64,000 nt of DNA from assembly GCA_965649765.1 (NCBI GenBank), contig OZ287756.1, forward strand, positions 44,950,001 through 45,014,000. The letters are read 5' to 3'. Source of the DNA: Bispira polyomma (taxonomy: Eukaryota). This document shows, piece after piece, positions 50,340 to 64,000 of the stretch; the stretch's first letter is position 1; the number at the start of each line of letters is the position of its first letter. Position numbers and translations under genes: made by a program. The notes under the pieces are model-generated. The model had not been told where the DNA came from. It ran no database searches and saw only the letters and a list, made by a program, of their open reading frames with translations.

Positions 50340-53300
50340 GTGGGTAAATACCACCTTTGTAGTAACAATGAAAACTACCCAGTGCTATACCTCTAATGCA
50401 ATGGTTCACTGGACATGTTAATCATCTGTTATATCAGTTATGACAGTAATACTGACATATATATGTATAACCCAATTGACCATATACAGAGATGTCCTAT
50501 ATTGGTTATTGAAAAACAGGAATTTGATGTATCAGTACACCATTTTCATAGTATACACATTTATTTGGATGAACTAATGAATATGGCAAAAAGAAATGCT
50601 TACCAGGAGTATAGCAACGACTTGCTATGTCCCAGAACTGTGGCTGTAGATTACACCAAACATATATGTAGTATTATTGACGATATGCTATTAATGGATA
50701 ATATAATATTGGATAAAAGTAAATCATGTATGAGTGTTTTATGTGAGCACAAAAATAAGGTAAGTCATAACATCGTCCGTACCAACTCTGGTAAACTTCT
50801 GGATGGGCTAGATGACCCATACTGAAGAACCAGGCCTTCTTCTGAAACACATAGTAAGGATATTTTTGATGATACCGAGCATATTGGTTTCATAATTATT
50901 TCTAAGGAAAATTTGACTGGTGCTGTAACAGTAGAGGCCCGCGATCAGTTAAGGCCCACCCATTGTTTAAGTGGAGATAAATCTTTAAATATTGCTTTTT
51001 AATATATTTTTAATACACCTGTCCATTTAGTATGTCATTTTGATTTCAATACAACAATATTTGTGTTAAAATACCAATGCTTCTCGGATATATTAACCAT
51101 TAATTTCAGGGTGGGCCTTAACTGTTACAACACTAGTAAATTTGTTGGGCCTGACAGGGAGTCGGTCAACATTCCCAGAATAAACCAAATGTGTAAAGTG
51201 GCACAGACCATTAGGGCCACTGGCCTACCTAATTACAAGCAGGCACGAATACCCACTAAGTCCCAAATTAAAAATTCCTGCTTGGGGAAAAAATAACTGA
51301 AAACCACCCTGATAAAATTGTAACCCAGCATTTAAAATTTGGATTCCCACTCTTTCTCTTAATAATGCAGGACAGTTAACATTCAAAAAGGTCGACAACC
51401 ACCACTCTTCTCTGCAATACACAGAAGCAATTGACCAATACCTAGAAAAGGATCAGTCAAAGGGTGCCATCTTGGGCCCAGTTGACAACATCTGAGATCC
51501 TTTTCCACTACTTACCAGGCCCAAGGATTCTAACAATCACAGGGTCATATTAAATTTATCTTATCCCCAGGGTCAGTCGGTTAATAACAATGTTAACAGA
51601 TAAATTTTCAATGAAACTTTGAAACTTTAATTCACTTTAACATTTCCAATATTGATAACGTCACTTAGAGTATAATCACCACACCGGATCTGGAATTATT
51701 CACGGTTGATTTGCCATGAGCATTTAGAAATTTACCAGTTTACACACTGAAATTAGGGATAAATCATAACCACAAAAACTACCTCGATGCTGTGGTCGCA
51801 TTCTAGGGGCAATTTGGGGCTCTGACATAAAGAAAATTAGTGTACCAAATTCGCGAGTGCAAGTATCTTAAATAATCGCCCATCAAAGTCAAAATTTTCA
51901 ACTTTAGATTATTATAATATCCTAACTTCAAGTATTATATCTACAATTTAAAATCATTTTATTTGATTTATTTGACAGGAATTTCATGTGTTTTGTTTGG
52001 GTGCATCACGCTGCACTGTACGCATATTAAGATGTAGTTCCAGGAATTTGGTGATTGTGTATTAGTTTCACAAAGGTATTTATAATAATACTGACACAAC
52101 ATTTTATTTTATATGTTTCTAAGTGTGTATGTTTTAGATTTAAATAGGTTACCCATCATATTATATTTTACGTAATGTAACATGTTTAATACTGTATTAT
52201 TACTAATTAGAGATAATTTATTTTACTTCTTATAAAAGGTTGTGCGTAGTTTGAAAACTAGATACTTAAGCTCCACTAAGCATGTCAGCCTATTCACAGT
52301 GTAGTGATTTAACATAAAATAATTTTGTCTATATATGTACCAGGTTTACCTTTCTGTGTGGTTCCCTTGCTAAAAGTGAACCGGCAATCAAGGAGAAGAA
52401 AAGTTATATTTAATCAGAGAAGGAAACAAGAAGATACAAGTTTTTGAAACTAAAGGAAAATATTATTAGGAAAGTATGTATTTTCTAAAATACTTTAGCC
52501 ATGAGGAGTGATTAGGAGTGGGGACGAGAAAATGTCTATGTTTATGGATAAAGAGGGGGGGGGATCCCCACAAAATGTCCCCTATGTCCCCTGTCTTGGA
52601 GTCCCCCCATGTCCCCCCCCCCCCTGTTTTATTCCCTTGGTTTCATGATTCAGGCAGTGGTTTTAAAGGAGGTCAATGGGGACATATGTAGTCTTTAATT
52701 AGGCACATTGTTGGAATTAAATTAGATAAATATAACTAGGATATTTAGATACCAAATTTGATTGTAAATTGGAGCAAGGCAATGTTTATTTATAAACTTT
52801 AGCATGCTGTTCTGTGTATAAACAGTAATAAGGTTATGGAAAAGCTTTATTAATTTGTACTTGATTGTCATGTAAAAGGGTATTTTTTCCAACAAGATCA
52901 CTTGATTATGGAGAGGGGGAGTGACCCTGTCCTGACTATGTACACAGGAATCTGCAGCATTTCATTCTGAATGTTTATTTATTGCTGATGGGCATTAGTT
53001 TCAGAATAGCTAACTTAGTTTGGAATGTCCTTGCTTGATATATTAACTGTTGTAGCTAGTGTAGATTTAATGTAGTTTAGGTTGATGAGTGCATGAGAAT
53101 GGGCGTGTCGTGTGCACCTTTTTAATGTACATAATTGTTTAGTGGCTTTTGCTTTTCTGATTGCATGCAGAATATTATTTGCACCCTTTGTAGTTTGATT
53201 CGTTTGCTAATATTATTGTTATATATTTTCTGTGCATATCCTTTGTGAATATTAATAAATGTAAGTGTTGCTTTTCATTTAATCTCCTTTATTCTTTCTC

Positions 53301-54830
53301 AATAGAGTAGTAGCTGAATGTCTGATTGGCCTTTTAATTGTGTTATACCTCAACCCTGCTTTATAGTAAATTTATAGATACATGTCTCTTAGGTTGATCA
53401 ATTCCAACAGACCCAATTAAGTCTGATTTAAGAAATCAGTATCCATTAGAGTAAGTAAAGGCGGCCAATACAGTCTTGGTTTTGTTTGAGGCATTGTTAA
53501 ATACTGACTATGAAAATAGTCAAGTGATTGTTATAATGCCGAGGTACCAAATAAAATGTTATAGAATTCTGCATTATTCTAGGAGGATTATTATAATATA
53601 CTCGCGATAATGCGTAAGCGAATGTGTTGTCTTTGCCTCTAATGTGTTGAATGCTTAGCATTATGTCACAGAGTGAAATGATAAGCCATATGTTTCTGAT
53701 GCCGAAATTGATTCTTTTGTCTTTACAATCTCGACGACTATAACCACGGCCATGTTGTCACAGTTAAACAGCACCTTCTGGTGTGGCCAATCCTGGCCCA
53801 TGTCCTTAACACTATTACTACATTCAATATTTCTAGTTGAGTAATTGCAAGACCTTGCTGGTAAATATTGTAAATTGATAGTATTGTAACAGGCCAGATC
53901 AGAACTGGTAGAACCTAGATCAGAGATTATAAAGAATTAGAACTAAGTGGTATTTTCCAATGCTAGTTAAAACCAACCCAGCTCAGTATTCTTAAACCTT
54001 AAGATCACCTACTTTGACTATGAACCCATAAAGTATAACAGGAACTAACATAAATTCTCTTGTCTCCATATTTTTTTCTGCATGTTAGAAAAATATATAT
54101 ATTATTTATTTCATATTAACCAGACTTTCGTTTCAGGTATCTCGGCATATGCCAGTGTTAGACAGTGTATACTATGGTAATAGTGTAAACCTATAACTGT
54201 GCCTCAGCAATACCATACACTTGAAATCTTAGCATATACCTCGACATATTTCTTGTAATTTCACGGTGTGAACTATTTTCATAGTACAGACCTCACTATG
54301 CCTCAGTCAGTGGTATAACTGGTTTCCTCCCAATGTACTTCAGCAGTACATAGATTCTACCAATCAAGGAATCACACGCCAACACATACCTTTAGACTTT
54401 TTTAACATGGACTGTCATATATAATTCCAGGCTCCACTGCTCTGTCGTAAGCTTTAGGCAGAGCAGCCATCGCAAGGCTCAACCATGCTTTGAGACCTTC
54501 CACTACATCAGCCTATGCTGGACAGTTCATAAATCATGCTGTATTAGCTTTCATGGAATATTTAGTTCAAAATAACATCTCTCCAGAGGTGGCAGCCTTG
54601 AAATTTAAGGCTAAAAATACCGCTTAGACACCACAGTGTTTCACCACAATTCAATTTCGTTGTTAACACGCAGCTTAACTCTCAACTCCCCTTATAGACC
54701 AGCAATTAAAGGGGTGGTTAAAATCAAACAACTCGTATTTCTCAGTCATGTAAAATTTTTCCTGACCCTCACCTGAAAAGGGCCATATTTCTGGTTGCAT
54801 TCTATGGGTTCTCACTTTCTACTTATGGGT
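50340..54830 (+). mobile_element. Fragmented, rearranged Ngaro-like element
   Basis: pol pieces FVGPDR...GLPNYKQARIP and PLLTRPKD..HRVILNLSYP (51.1-51.8 kb), an RNase H piece CDNMAVV on the minus strand (53.7-53.9 kb), and the pol end plus YR start ALRPST..AY..QF (54.35-54.83 kb). Confidence 0.85.
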
Positions 54831-55064
54831 TCTCACAATTTTTACTTATAAAAACCACACCACATAGGAACTATTCTTCACATTATATCTATGTTAGATA
54901 GTACAGACATTCAGAAAATATAATTTGGTGTCACTAAGTTTGCCTTTAATTTAAAGATAAGGTTCCCAAAACAGTAGGCTTCCATGTCTACCCAAATACC
55001 AAATTTGAAAGGTTAGTAAAGTATGGAGGGAGGTAATTTGGCTGTGAATCAAATAATTGTTTGA

Positions 55065-55408
55065 AAAGCGTACTCATATACTGTATATATTCCATCATAA
55101 TCCATAAATTTGGTTATTCAGTTAGTGTTTCAAGTACATACTAATAATCCATATATTTGGTTTTAATTCAGTTTGTGGGTAAATAATATTCTGTATTTAT
55201 TTCATCATAATCTATATATTTTGCCATAATTTCGTTAGTTTTATAGCAACGTACCCATATGCTGTATTTATTCCTTCCTAATCCATATATTTTACAATTA
55301 ATTCAGTTAGTTGTTCAACAATGTACTCATATGCTGTATTTATTCCATCATAATCTATATATTTAGTCATTAATTCAGTAAGTGGCTCAACAACGTACTT
55401 ATATGGTA
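55065..55408. repeat. 72-bp satellite, first block
   Basis: Units resembling atatgctgtatttattccatcataatccatatatttggttattaattcagttagtggttcaacaacgtactc. Confidence 0.9.
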
Positions 55409-58400
55409 TATACCCTCTACAATTAATTTGGTCGCTGTTGTGTGAACACCTAGTTCGAACAGCTCTTTTTTTGGATTTGTTTTTTGTGGATTTGTTAAAA
55501 AATATGACAGTGAAGCAAGTTTCTTCAAAGGCTGCAAAGCAAAAAATGGCTCTAGAGTGTGGGCATGGCGCTTTGACTTGCATCGTTTTTGTCTGCTTTG
55601 TCGTGAAAAACACTTGGGTGATGAGGCTACGGCACCCTTCACCATGTGAAGCGTGAAAGGGAGTTGCACCCCCTGCCGCCAGATGCTACGGGGTGGGTTA
55701 ACACCCAGTCTGGTAGCTTGCTGATTAACAATCTGTTACCCCCCTACCCTTACAACCTTGCTATGCCCATGGACTTTACGATTGGGTCACTGATTCTGAT
55801 GTTGCGCTTTAGAAGATGCCTAGCATCAATAAAGCGCATTAAAAATGCATAATAATAATAATAATGACCTTTGTGTTGTGGGGGACCCTGATGATTGTTT
55901 AGTGTGCTTAACCCTTGCAGAGGAACAGAATAAACGCCTCAAGTCCAGACTGGCCAAGATTAAGAGGCGAGAGAAAGCCAGGAACGATTTTTTAGCATTT
56001 TTAGCATAAGTAGTTCCGATCAAAAATGTACAGACACCCCCAGTGTGATCGGTTGATCTATTTTTCTGATCGACTCCTAAAAGTCAAGTCAGGTAAGGTG
56101 TCAGTTAGGAGTGCTGCTGTAGAAGAAGAGGGTGAATTGTCTCCACATGGGAACCAAAACCTCACAAAAATGACGGCCAGTGACAGATTTAAGCTTTTTA
56201 AACAATCATTTGTATGTCCCAACATTCAAAATGGAGACAACATAGGTTATACGAAACTCGTTGAAACAGGGGAATGGGCATCATCGATAAATCTGACTAA
56301 TGTGTACTTCCACATTCCAATACACCAAGAATCACAAAAACTGTTTTGATTCAATGTCAGAAGGCAGTGTTACCAATTTCGGGGGCTTTTGTTTGGGATA
56401 GCGACAGCCCCACTCGAATTTACTTGGATTGCCAGAGAAACGAAGTTAGTGTTGCAAGCTCATGGCATTTGGATACACCAGTAAATAGATGACTAGTTAA
56501 TTGGCTCCTATCTCAACAGGACAGTCGAACTAATTCAGCAAATGCTTCACATAGTCAAGTCAATGGGTTGGGTAATCAATGACAAAAAAAAATTCAAACG
56601 GAAATCAGAAATCGATTTTCTCTGTTACCACTTCCATTTGGACAGGGGTTTAGTATTTCCGACCCAGAAGAAGTGGGAGACGCTGACAGAATCAATACAA
56701 ATGTTTCAGAAAGCTCAGGTCATTACTGTAAGGAAACTAATGTCTTCGATAGGGGTCATGGGGTGATTACAAAAGATTGTCCCATTTGGCAGACTCCACA
56801 TGAGGTCGTTCCAATAGTACTTAAAAACTTATTCGCGAGTTCCTCAGTCATTAGAACTGCTGATTCCTGTGTCACACAAGTTAAAAGGTCAACTGGTCTG
56901 GTGGCCAGATCCTATAAATGTAATGATCGGAGAGAATCCATCTTCTAGAGCACAGTTTTTTAGATGCTTCAAACACAGGTAGGGGATCTCATCTTGGAAA
57001 CGGGTACTTATAGCTATCGACAACGCCTCTGTAGTCACTTATCTCAACAAACAGGGCGGAACCAGTTCATTAGAAATGTGCCTGTTAGTCAGGATGATCA
57101 TGTCGTTTTGCAATCCTCACACGATCAGGGTTCAAGCCCGTCACATAGAAGGTTGTCTCAATGTCCTAGCTGACAGCCTCTCCAGACTGGACAAGGTGAT
57201 ACAAACAGAGTAGTCGTTAAAATCCTTTAATGCTCAGGCTATTGTGTCAAAAGCTTTGCCAACCATTAGTAGATTTGTTTGCAACCAATCAAGCTGCCAC
57301 AGCCACAAGCTGCCTCTCTATGTATAATCAATCCCAGGTGTCTAAGCTCTAGCCATAGATGCATTGAACATCTCTTGGGAGGGACTGGACATTTATGCCT
57401 TTTGTCCAGTGGCCTTAATTCCAAAATTAGTACAAAAAATGCTTTTTCATTGTCGAATAATGGTTCTAGCCCCCAAGGTGGCCAGGAATGACCTGGTTTT
57501 TGGGATCTGGTAGATCTATCAGTTAGGCCACCATAACAAAAACAGCCATTCAGTCTAATGTACCACCTGAATCTTCTGTCTTTTTGGCCAAGAATCAATT
57601 GCCTTCAGTTGGGCCTGATTTCATAAAGCCAGTGATCATTCAAGCCTGAAGACCATTTCTGGATGAGACATTTACTAAGGACATCACCTTATGTCCAGTG
57701 AGGGCCTTACGTTTACATAGACAGGACTAAATATTTTAGAAAAATCTCCTGTTCATTTCCTTTAGGGAGAGTTTTTTAAATGGTATTAAAAGGACAACCA
57801 TCTCTTTTGTTGGCTTCTAAGCCGGCATATCAAGAAATAGCATCTCTTTGCCAGGTTAAGGCTCAGCACTTTAGAGCTATGGCTATCTCACTCGCTTTTA
57901 AGGAAGGCGTATCACTTGATCAAATTTTAGGTTCTTGCTACTGGACCTCCCATAACACTTTCACCCACTTCTATCTTAAAGATATAGCTTGGCAGGCTAA
58001 AGAGGATTCTCAATTTATTCTGGGCCTTTTTTGGGGCACAAAATGTTATGTTTGAGTGAGATTTCTTTATGCTTTGACATGTGTATTTAATAAATGTTTT
58101 CTCTACATGTTTTATACATCTGATATGTGTGATTATGCTGATGATAGATGTTTTTCCATTGCAGGGCCTGCCTAGTGAGTTTCTTCTGCTTGGAGGAGTG
58201 ATGCCATCCTGATGGTGATGTCAGCCTGACAGTGGGTGACCTCACCACTACCGGCCATGTTCAGTTAGCAGTTTCGTTTGATGTTAGATGTATTATAAGA
58301 AAGCACATTGTAGATATACACACATTGTATAATGGACAGATCAACTACCTATGGCTAAGGTAGGATGCTCTTTCTATACACTTACTTCGTCAGGAGTGTT

Positions 58401-58780
58401 TATGAGTAGGTTACTTGCTTTATCCTCAACACTAATGCTTGACATATTTGTCCTAAATTTCCTTAAGTGAGACTCTATATTTCAAAAATTACTCTCCTCC
58501 TTGAAAGTTAGATTCAAGCATTAGTAAGGATAAGGTAAGGGTATTTATCGCAATAAAAAGTACAAATTTTATTGTAATTGATCATTTTACCGGCCGCACT
58601 TTTATTTTTGCAATATAACTAAATTAATTGTGAAGGGTATCTCGAGGACGAGAGTTCGGCTTGAAAAAAGACTGATGTGATTTTTATGGTCGAATATTTA
58701 GGTGAACCAAATGAAAGCATTAGTGAGTATAAGGTAAGTATTTATGTTCCAAAAAGATAAATTACAATAAAATTTTGTAC
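55409..58780 (+). mobile_element. Decayed DIRS1-type YR retrotransposon
   Basis: RT (NLTNVYFHIPIH, FGIATAP), RNase H (IDNASVVTYLNKQGG), methyltransferase-like (VDLFAT...DALNISW...YAF) and YR (HFRAMAISLAF...WTSHNTFTHFYLKD). Inverted and complementary terminal segments are present. Confidence 0.9.
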
Positions 58781-58784
58781 AATT

Positions 58785-59160
58785 TTGGCAATTATTCAGT
58801 TAGTGGTTCAACAACGTACTTACATGCTGTATTTATTCCATCAAAATCCATATATGTGGTGATTAATTCAGTTAGTGGGTTAAAAAATGTACTTGTACAC
58901 AGTATTCATTCCATCATAATCCATACATTTGGTTGTTAATTCAGTTAGTGGTTAAGCAACATACTCGTATGGTGTATTTATTCCATCATAATCCATATAT
59001 TTGATAATTAATTCAGTTTGCGGATCAATAACCTACTCATATGCTGTATTTATTAAATCATAATCCATATATTTTGCCATTACCTCAGTTAGTGGCGCAA
59101 CAATGCACTCCTATTCTGCATTTATTCCATGATAATCTATATATTATGCCGTTAATTTGG
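58785..59160. repeat. 72-bp satellite, second block
   Basis: The same unit resumes after the DIRS element. Confidence 0.9.
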
Positions 59161-59229
59161 GTTGTGGAGCGGACGTTGGTGTAGTGTGTGTTGGAGATTC
59201 TATGATTTGAAACAGGTTATTCATTAAAT

Positions 59230-60215
59230 ATTTGTGAACAAATTATCAAAGATGGCGACCAACCTAATTAAATCACATGAGACAGTGATTGGCTGAAAGT
59301 CTAGGCCATTTCAATGCGCGTGCGCATAAAGGTCAAAGATGAGACCTCTTAAACCATATTAATTGATTTTAATCCGCCAATCAGAAACTCGCCCCATCTG
59401 TGACATTATTTTTACTTCAAATCCATGCAGAGTATTATACAGCATGTATATTACGAGATTCATCAACACGTGTTTATGTATCTGTGTACTTCTGTGTACT
59501 ATCTATCTACACAACTTCGGTTACTGCAAATATAAACAGATTTGAAGATATTTGCATAGTATATTGATATATGAAAGAATATATATTGTCGAGGAAACAG
59601 TGTTTAAAAAAATGGCGAATTGCTTTTTTATTAGTGAATATACCCACGGATTATTATTATTTAAAAAAGCAAGCACTTTTCTGGACATTTTGAAACACAA
59701 GTAAGTAAATAAACTATATATTTTGTCATACAAATACATGTAGCATTTCTAAAATTTACCTTTGGTCTTATATTAATCCCCTCAATTTGCTTCTTAAATG
59801 AAAACGTATGTTGGGAAATGGCATACAAATAGATACTCCCTAATAAATTGATATTTATATTCTGTTTTTCAACCGTTCAGAATATCAGCTGATATGTGCA
59901 CAGTTTAGAAAACATGGCTTCGCAATTCGATTTTCTTAAATAACATTTAATTTATTTCTAATTTCGAAGTAAAAAGCAATCCCTTTTCTGAAGATTTCGG
60001 AGAAAAGAAAGTAAGATAAACTCTTATTTTGTCATACAAACATTTCTAAAAATTTAGCTTTCGTTCATTACTATCTTTAATTTGCTTCCCAAACATATCC
60101 ATATGCTTCCCAATTACACAATATTTATTGTTATAATGCGTCACGTGTGTGATCAGCCAATCAAAATCACTGATACAGTAACCAATGTAATCACTTCATA
60201 CAAACAGACATTATG
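59230..60215. repeat. Non-coding dispersed repeat interrupting the satellite
   Basis: Inverted homolog of 48380-49300. Confidence 0.8.
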
Positions 60216-60359
60216 GTGAGTGAAAATATAAAATGTTTTGTACTAACGAGTTGGGTAATACTACTCCATCTTCTCAACTAATGACTAGTCCACTATTTTT
60301 GTACTCTTTAGCAGTCTTCCATCTTGATATGTGGTGACCACTGTTACCACTGTTTTCCT

Positions 60360-63300
60360 TGTTAATTCAGTTAGTAGTTCAACAACGTACTCATAAGCTG
60401 TATTATTCCATCATAATCCATATATTTGGTGATTAATTCAGTTTGTGGTTCAACAATGTACTCAAATGCTGTATTTATTCTATCATAATCCATATATTTG
60501 GTTATGATTTCTGTTTGTGGTTCAAGAACATACTCAGATGCTTTATTTATTCCATCATAATCCATATATTTTGCCATTATTTCAGTTGGTGGTTTAACAA
60601 TGTGCTCATTTGAAGTATTTATTCCATTATAATCCATATATTTTGCCAGTAATTCAGTTATTGGTTCAACAGCATACTCATTTGCTGTATTCATTCTAAC
60701 ATAATCCACATATTTGGTTATTAATTCTGTACTGATATGCTGTTTTTATCTTAATCCATATACTTGGTTATTAATTCAGTTGGTGGTTCAACAACGTACT
60801 TATATGCTGTATTTATTCTAACATAATCTACATATGTGGTTATCAATTATGTTAGTGGTTCAACAAGATACTTATATGCTGTATTATTCTATCATAATCC
60901 ATATATTTGGTTATTAATTCAGTTAGTAGTCTACAAACGTACTTATTTGCTATATTATTTCCATCATAGGCAATATATTTCTAAATTATTTGCGTTAGTG
61001 GTTTAACAACCTACTCATGTATTTGGTGATTAATTCAGTTTGATCTTTCAACAAAATACTAAAAAGCTGTATTTTTCCATCATAATCCATATATTTGGTA
61101 ATTAATGCAGTTAGTGGTTCAACAATGTACTCATATGCTGTATTTATTTTAACATAATCTACATATTTAGTTATTAAGTCTGTTAGTGGTTCAACAAGAT
61201 ACTTATATATTGTATTATACTATTATAATTCATATATTTGGTTATTACTTCAGTTTGAGGTTCAACTACGTACTTAGATGCTGTATTTATTCTATCATAA
61301 TTCACATATTTAATTAATTATGTCAGTAGCTCAACAAGGTACTCATATGCTGTGCTATTCCAAAATAATCCAAATATTTGGTTAATAATTCAGTTAATGG
61401 TTTAACAACGCACCAATGTGCTGTATTTATTCCATCACAATATATGTATGTGGTTATTAATTTTGTTGGGGGTTTAAAAACGCACTCAGAGGCTGTATTT
61501 ATTCCATCATAGTCCATCAATTTGGTTATTCATTCTATTGGTGGTTCAAGAACGTACTCAGATGCTGTATTTTTTCCATCATAGTCCACATTTTTGTTGA
61601 GTAATTTAGTGGTTAAAGACCTACTCATATGTTGTATTTATTTTATTATAATCCATTTCGTCATTAATTCCATTGGCAGTTCAACAACGCACTCATATGT
61701 TGTATTTATGCCATTAAAATACATATATGTGGTAACTAATGCAGTTGGTGGTTCAACAATGTACTCATATTCTGTAGTTATACTAACAAAATCCACATAT
61801 TTCGTTATTAATTCTGCTAATAATTCAACAAGATACTCTTATGCTGTGTTTATTCCCTCAAATCCATATATTTAGTACTTAAATCTGTTGGCAGTGAAAG
61901 AATGTTAACAGAAGCTGTATTTATTCCATCTTAATCCATATATTTGGTGGTTAATCCTGTCAGTAGCTCAACAAGATACTCATATGCTGTACTATTCCAA
62001 CATAATCCAAATATTTGGTCATTAATTCAGTTAGTGGTTCAACAACGTACTTATATGCTATATTTATACTGTATTTATCCATATATTTGCTGAATTATTC
62101 AGTTAGTGGTTCAAGAACGTGCTTATATGCTGTATTGTTCCATCATAATACATATATTTAGTGAGTAATTCATTGTGTGATTCAATAATGTAAATGTACT
62201 TAGATGTTGTATTTATTCTATCATAATCCACATATTTGGTTATTAATTCTGTTAGTAGCTCCACAAGATATTCATATGCTGTACTATTCCATCATAATTC
62301 AAATATTTGGTTATTAATTCAGTTAGTGGTTTAACAACATACCGCTCTGCTGTATTTATTCCATCACAATCCATATATTTGGTGATTAATTCACTTAGTG
62401 GTTCAACAATGTAAGAATATGCACTATTTATTTTAACATAATCCACATATTTAGTTATTAATTCTGTTAGTGGTTCAACAAGATACTCATGTATTGTATT
62501 ATACTATTATCATTAATATTTTTGGTTGTTAATTCAGTTGGTGGTTCAACGACGTACTCATATGCTGTATTTATTCTAACATAACCCACATATTTGGTTA
62601 TTAATTCGGTTATTGGTTCAACAAGCTACTCTTATGCTGTATTTATTCCATTAAATTCATTAATTTGGTTATTAATTCATTTGGTGGTTCAACAACGTAC
62701 TCAAGTGCTGTATTTATTCTAACATAACCAACATATTTGGTTATTAAGTTTGTTAGTGGGTCAACAAGATACTCTTATGCTGTATTTATTCCCTCAGAGC
62801 CATATATTTGACTGTATTTATTCCATCATAATCCATATATTTAGTGATTACTTCAGTTTATGGTTCAACAACATACTCAGATGCTGTATTTATTATATCA
62901 TAATCCACATATTTGGCTATTATCTCTGTTAGTAGCTCATAAAGATACTCATATGCTGTACTGTTCCATCATAATCTAAATATTTGGTGATTGATTCAGT
63001 TAGTGGTTCAACAACATGCTGATATGCTGTATTTATTCTATTAAAATCCATATATTTGGTGATTAATTCAGTTAGTGGTTCAACAACGTGCTCATATGCT
63101 GTATTTATTGAATCACAGTCCATGTTTTTTGTTATTAATTCTATTGGTTGTTTAAGAACATACTCAGAGACTGCATTTATTCCATGATAGTCCTTTATTT
63201 GTTGAGTAATTGAGTGGTTCAAAGACCTAATCACAAGCTATATTTATTCTATTATAATCCATTTCGTCATTAATTCAGTTGGCGGTTCAACAACGCACTC

Positions 63301-63915
63301 ATATGCCGTATTTATTCCATCAAAATACATATATTTGGTAATTAATGCATTTGGTTCAACAATGTACTCATATGCTGTATTTATACTAACTTAATCCACA
63401 TATTTCGATATTATTTCTGCTAGTGATTCAACAAGATATTCTTATGCTGTGTTTATTCCCTCAAATCCATATATTTGGCAATTAAATCTGTTGGCGGTGT
63501 AAGAATGTTCACAAAAGCTGTATTTATTCCATCATAATCCATATATTTGGTGATAACTTCTGTTAGTAGCTCAACAAGATACTCATATGCTGTACTATTC
63601 CAACATAATCCAAATATTTGGTTATTAATTCAGTTAGTGGTTTAACAACGTACTTAGATGCTATATTTATTCTGTATTTATCCATATATTTGGTGATTAA
63701 TTCAGTTAGTGGTTCAAGAACGTGCTCAAATGCTGTATTATTCTATCATAATCCATATATTTGGTTATTAATTCAGTTCGTGGTTCAATAATGTACTGAT
63801 ATGCTGTATTTATTCGAACTTAATCTGCATTTTTGGCTATTAATTATGTTAGTTATTCAAAAGATACTCATATGCTGTATTATTCTATCATAATCCATAT
63901 ATATAGTTATTAATT
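60360..63915. repeat. 72-bp satellite, main array, with higher-order structure of about 1.6 kb
   Basis: Roughly 50 diverged units. A distinctive variant at 61653 recurs at 63259. Confidence 0.95.
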
Positions 63916-64000
63916 AAATCAGGAAAATCTCTGGCAGAAAAATTTGGGGTTTTCTTCAGTGAAAAAATTAAAAATATCAAAAACATGTTCTCTGGCTCAA

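Noticed and set aside
60360-63915. CRISPR array or repeat-protein gene
   Set aside because: Contiguous degenerate units with no unique spacers, eukaryotic context and frequent frameshifts.

Overview
AT-rich animal genomic DNA, probably invertebrate, with spliceosomal introns, tRNA-derived SINEs and one assembly gap. Host genes: a tandemly duplicated head-to-head pair of short secreted two-exon collagens (two pairs plus one older pseudogene exon) and one intact-looking GT43 beta-1,3-glucuronosyltransferase (B3GAT-like). The rest is mostly mobile DNA, including five tyrosine-recombinase (YR) retroelements. These are one fully open Ngaro-like element at 10805-16429 (ends fixed by an empty site in the sister duplicate), three decayed relatives, and one decayed DIRS1-type element inside a 72-bp satellite. 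Main observation: the Ngaro-like family appears to use a retrovirus-like expression scheme. gag and pol are in frame across a single TAG-GAC-A followed by a stem-loop in two divergent copies (readthrough candidate). The recombinase is preceded by a phase-1 splice acceptor 6 nt after the pol stop (three copies) that matches a phase-1 donor inside gag (two copies), predicting a spliced Gag-YR fusion. Second: the two divergent collagen chains have 70 Gly-X-Y triplets each, in-register N-terminal domains and Thr/Lys-rich Y positions, suggesting a co-regulated heterotrimer. All exon models, alignments and RNA folds were done by eye.
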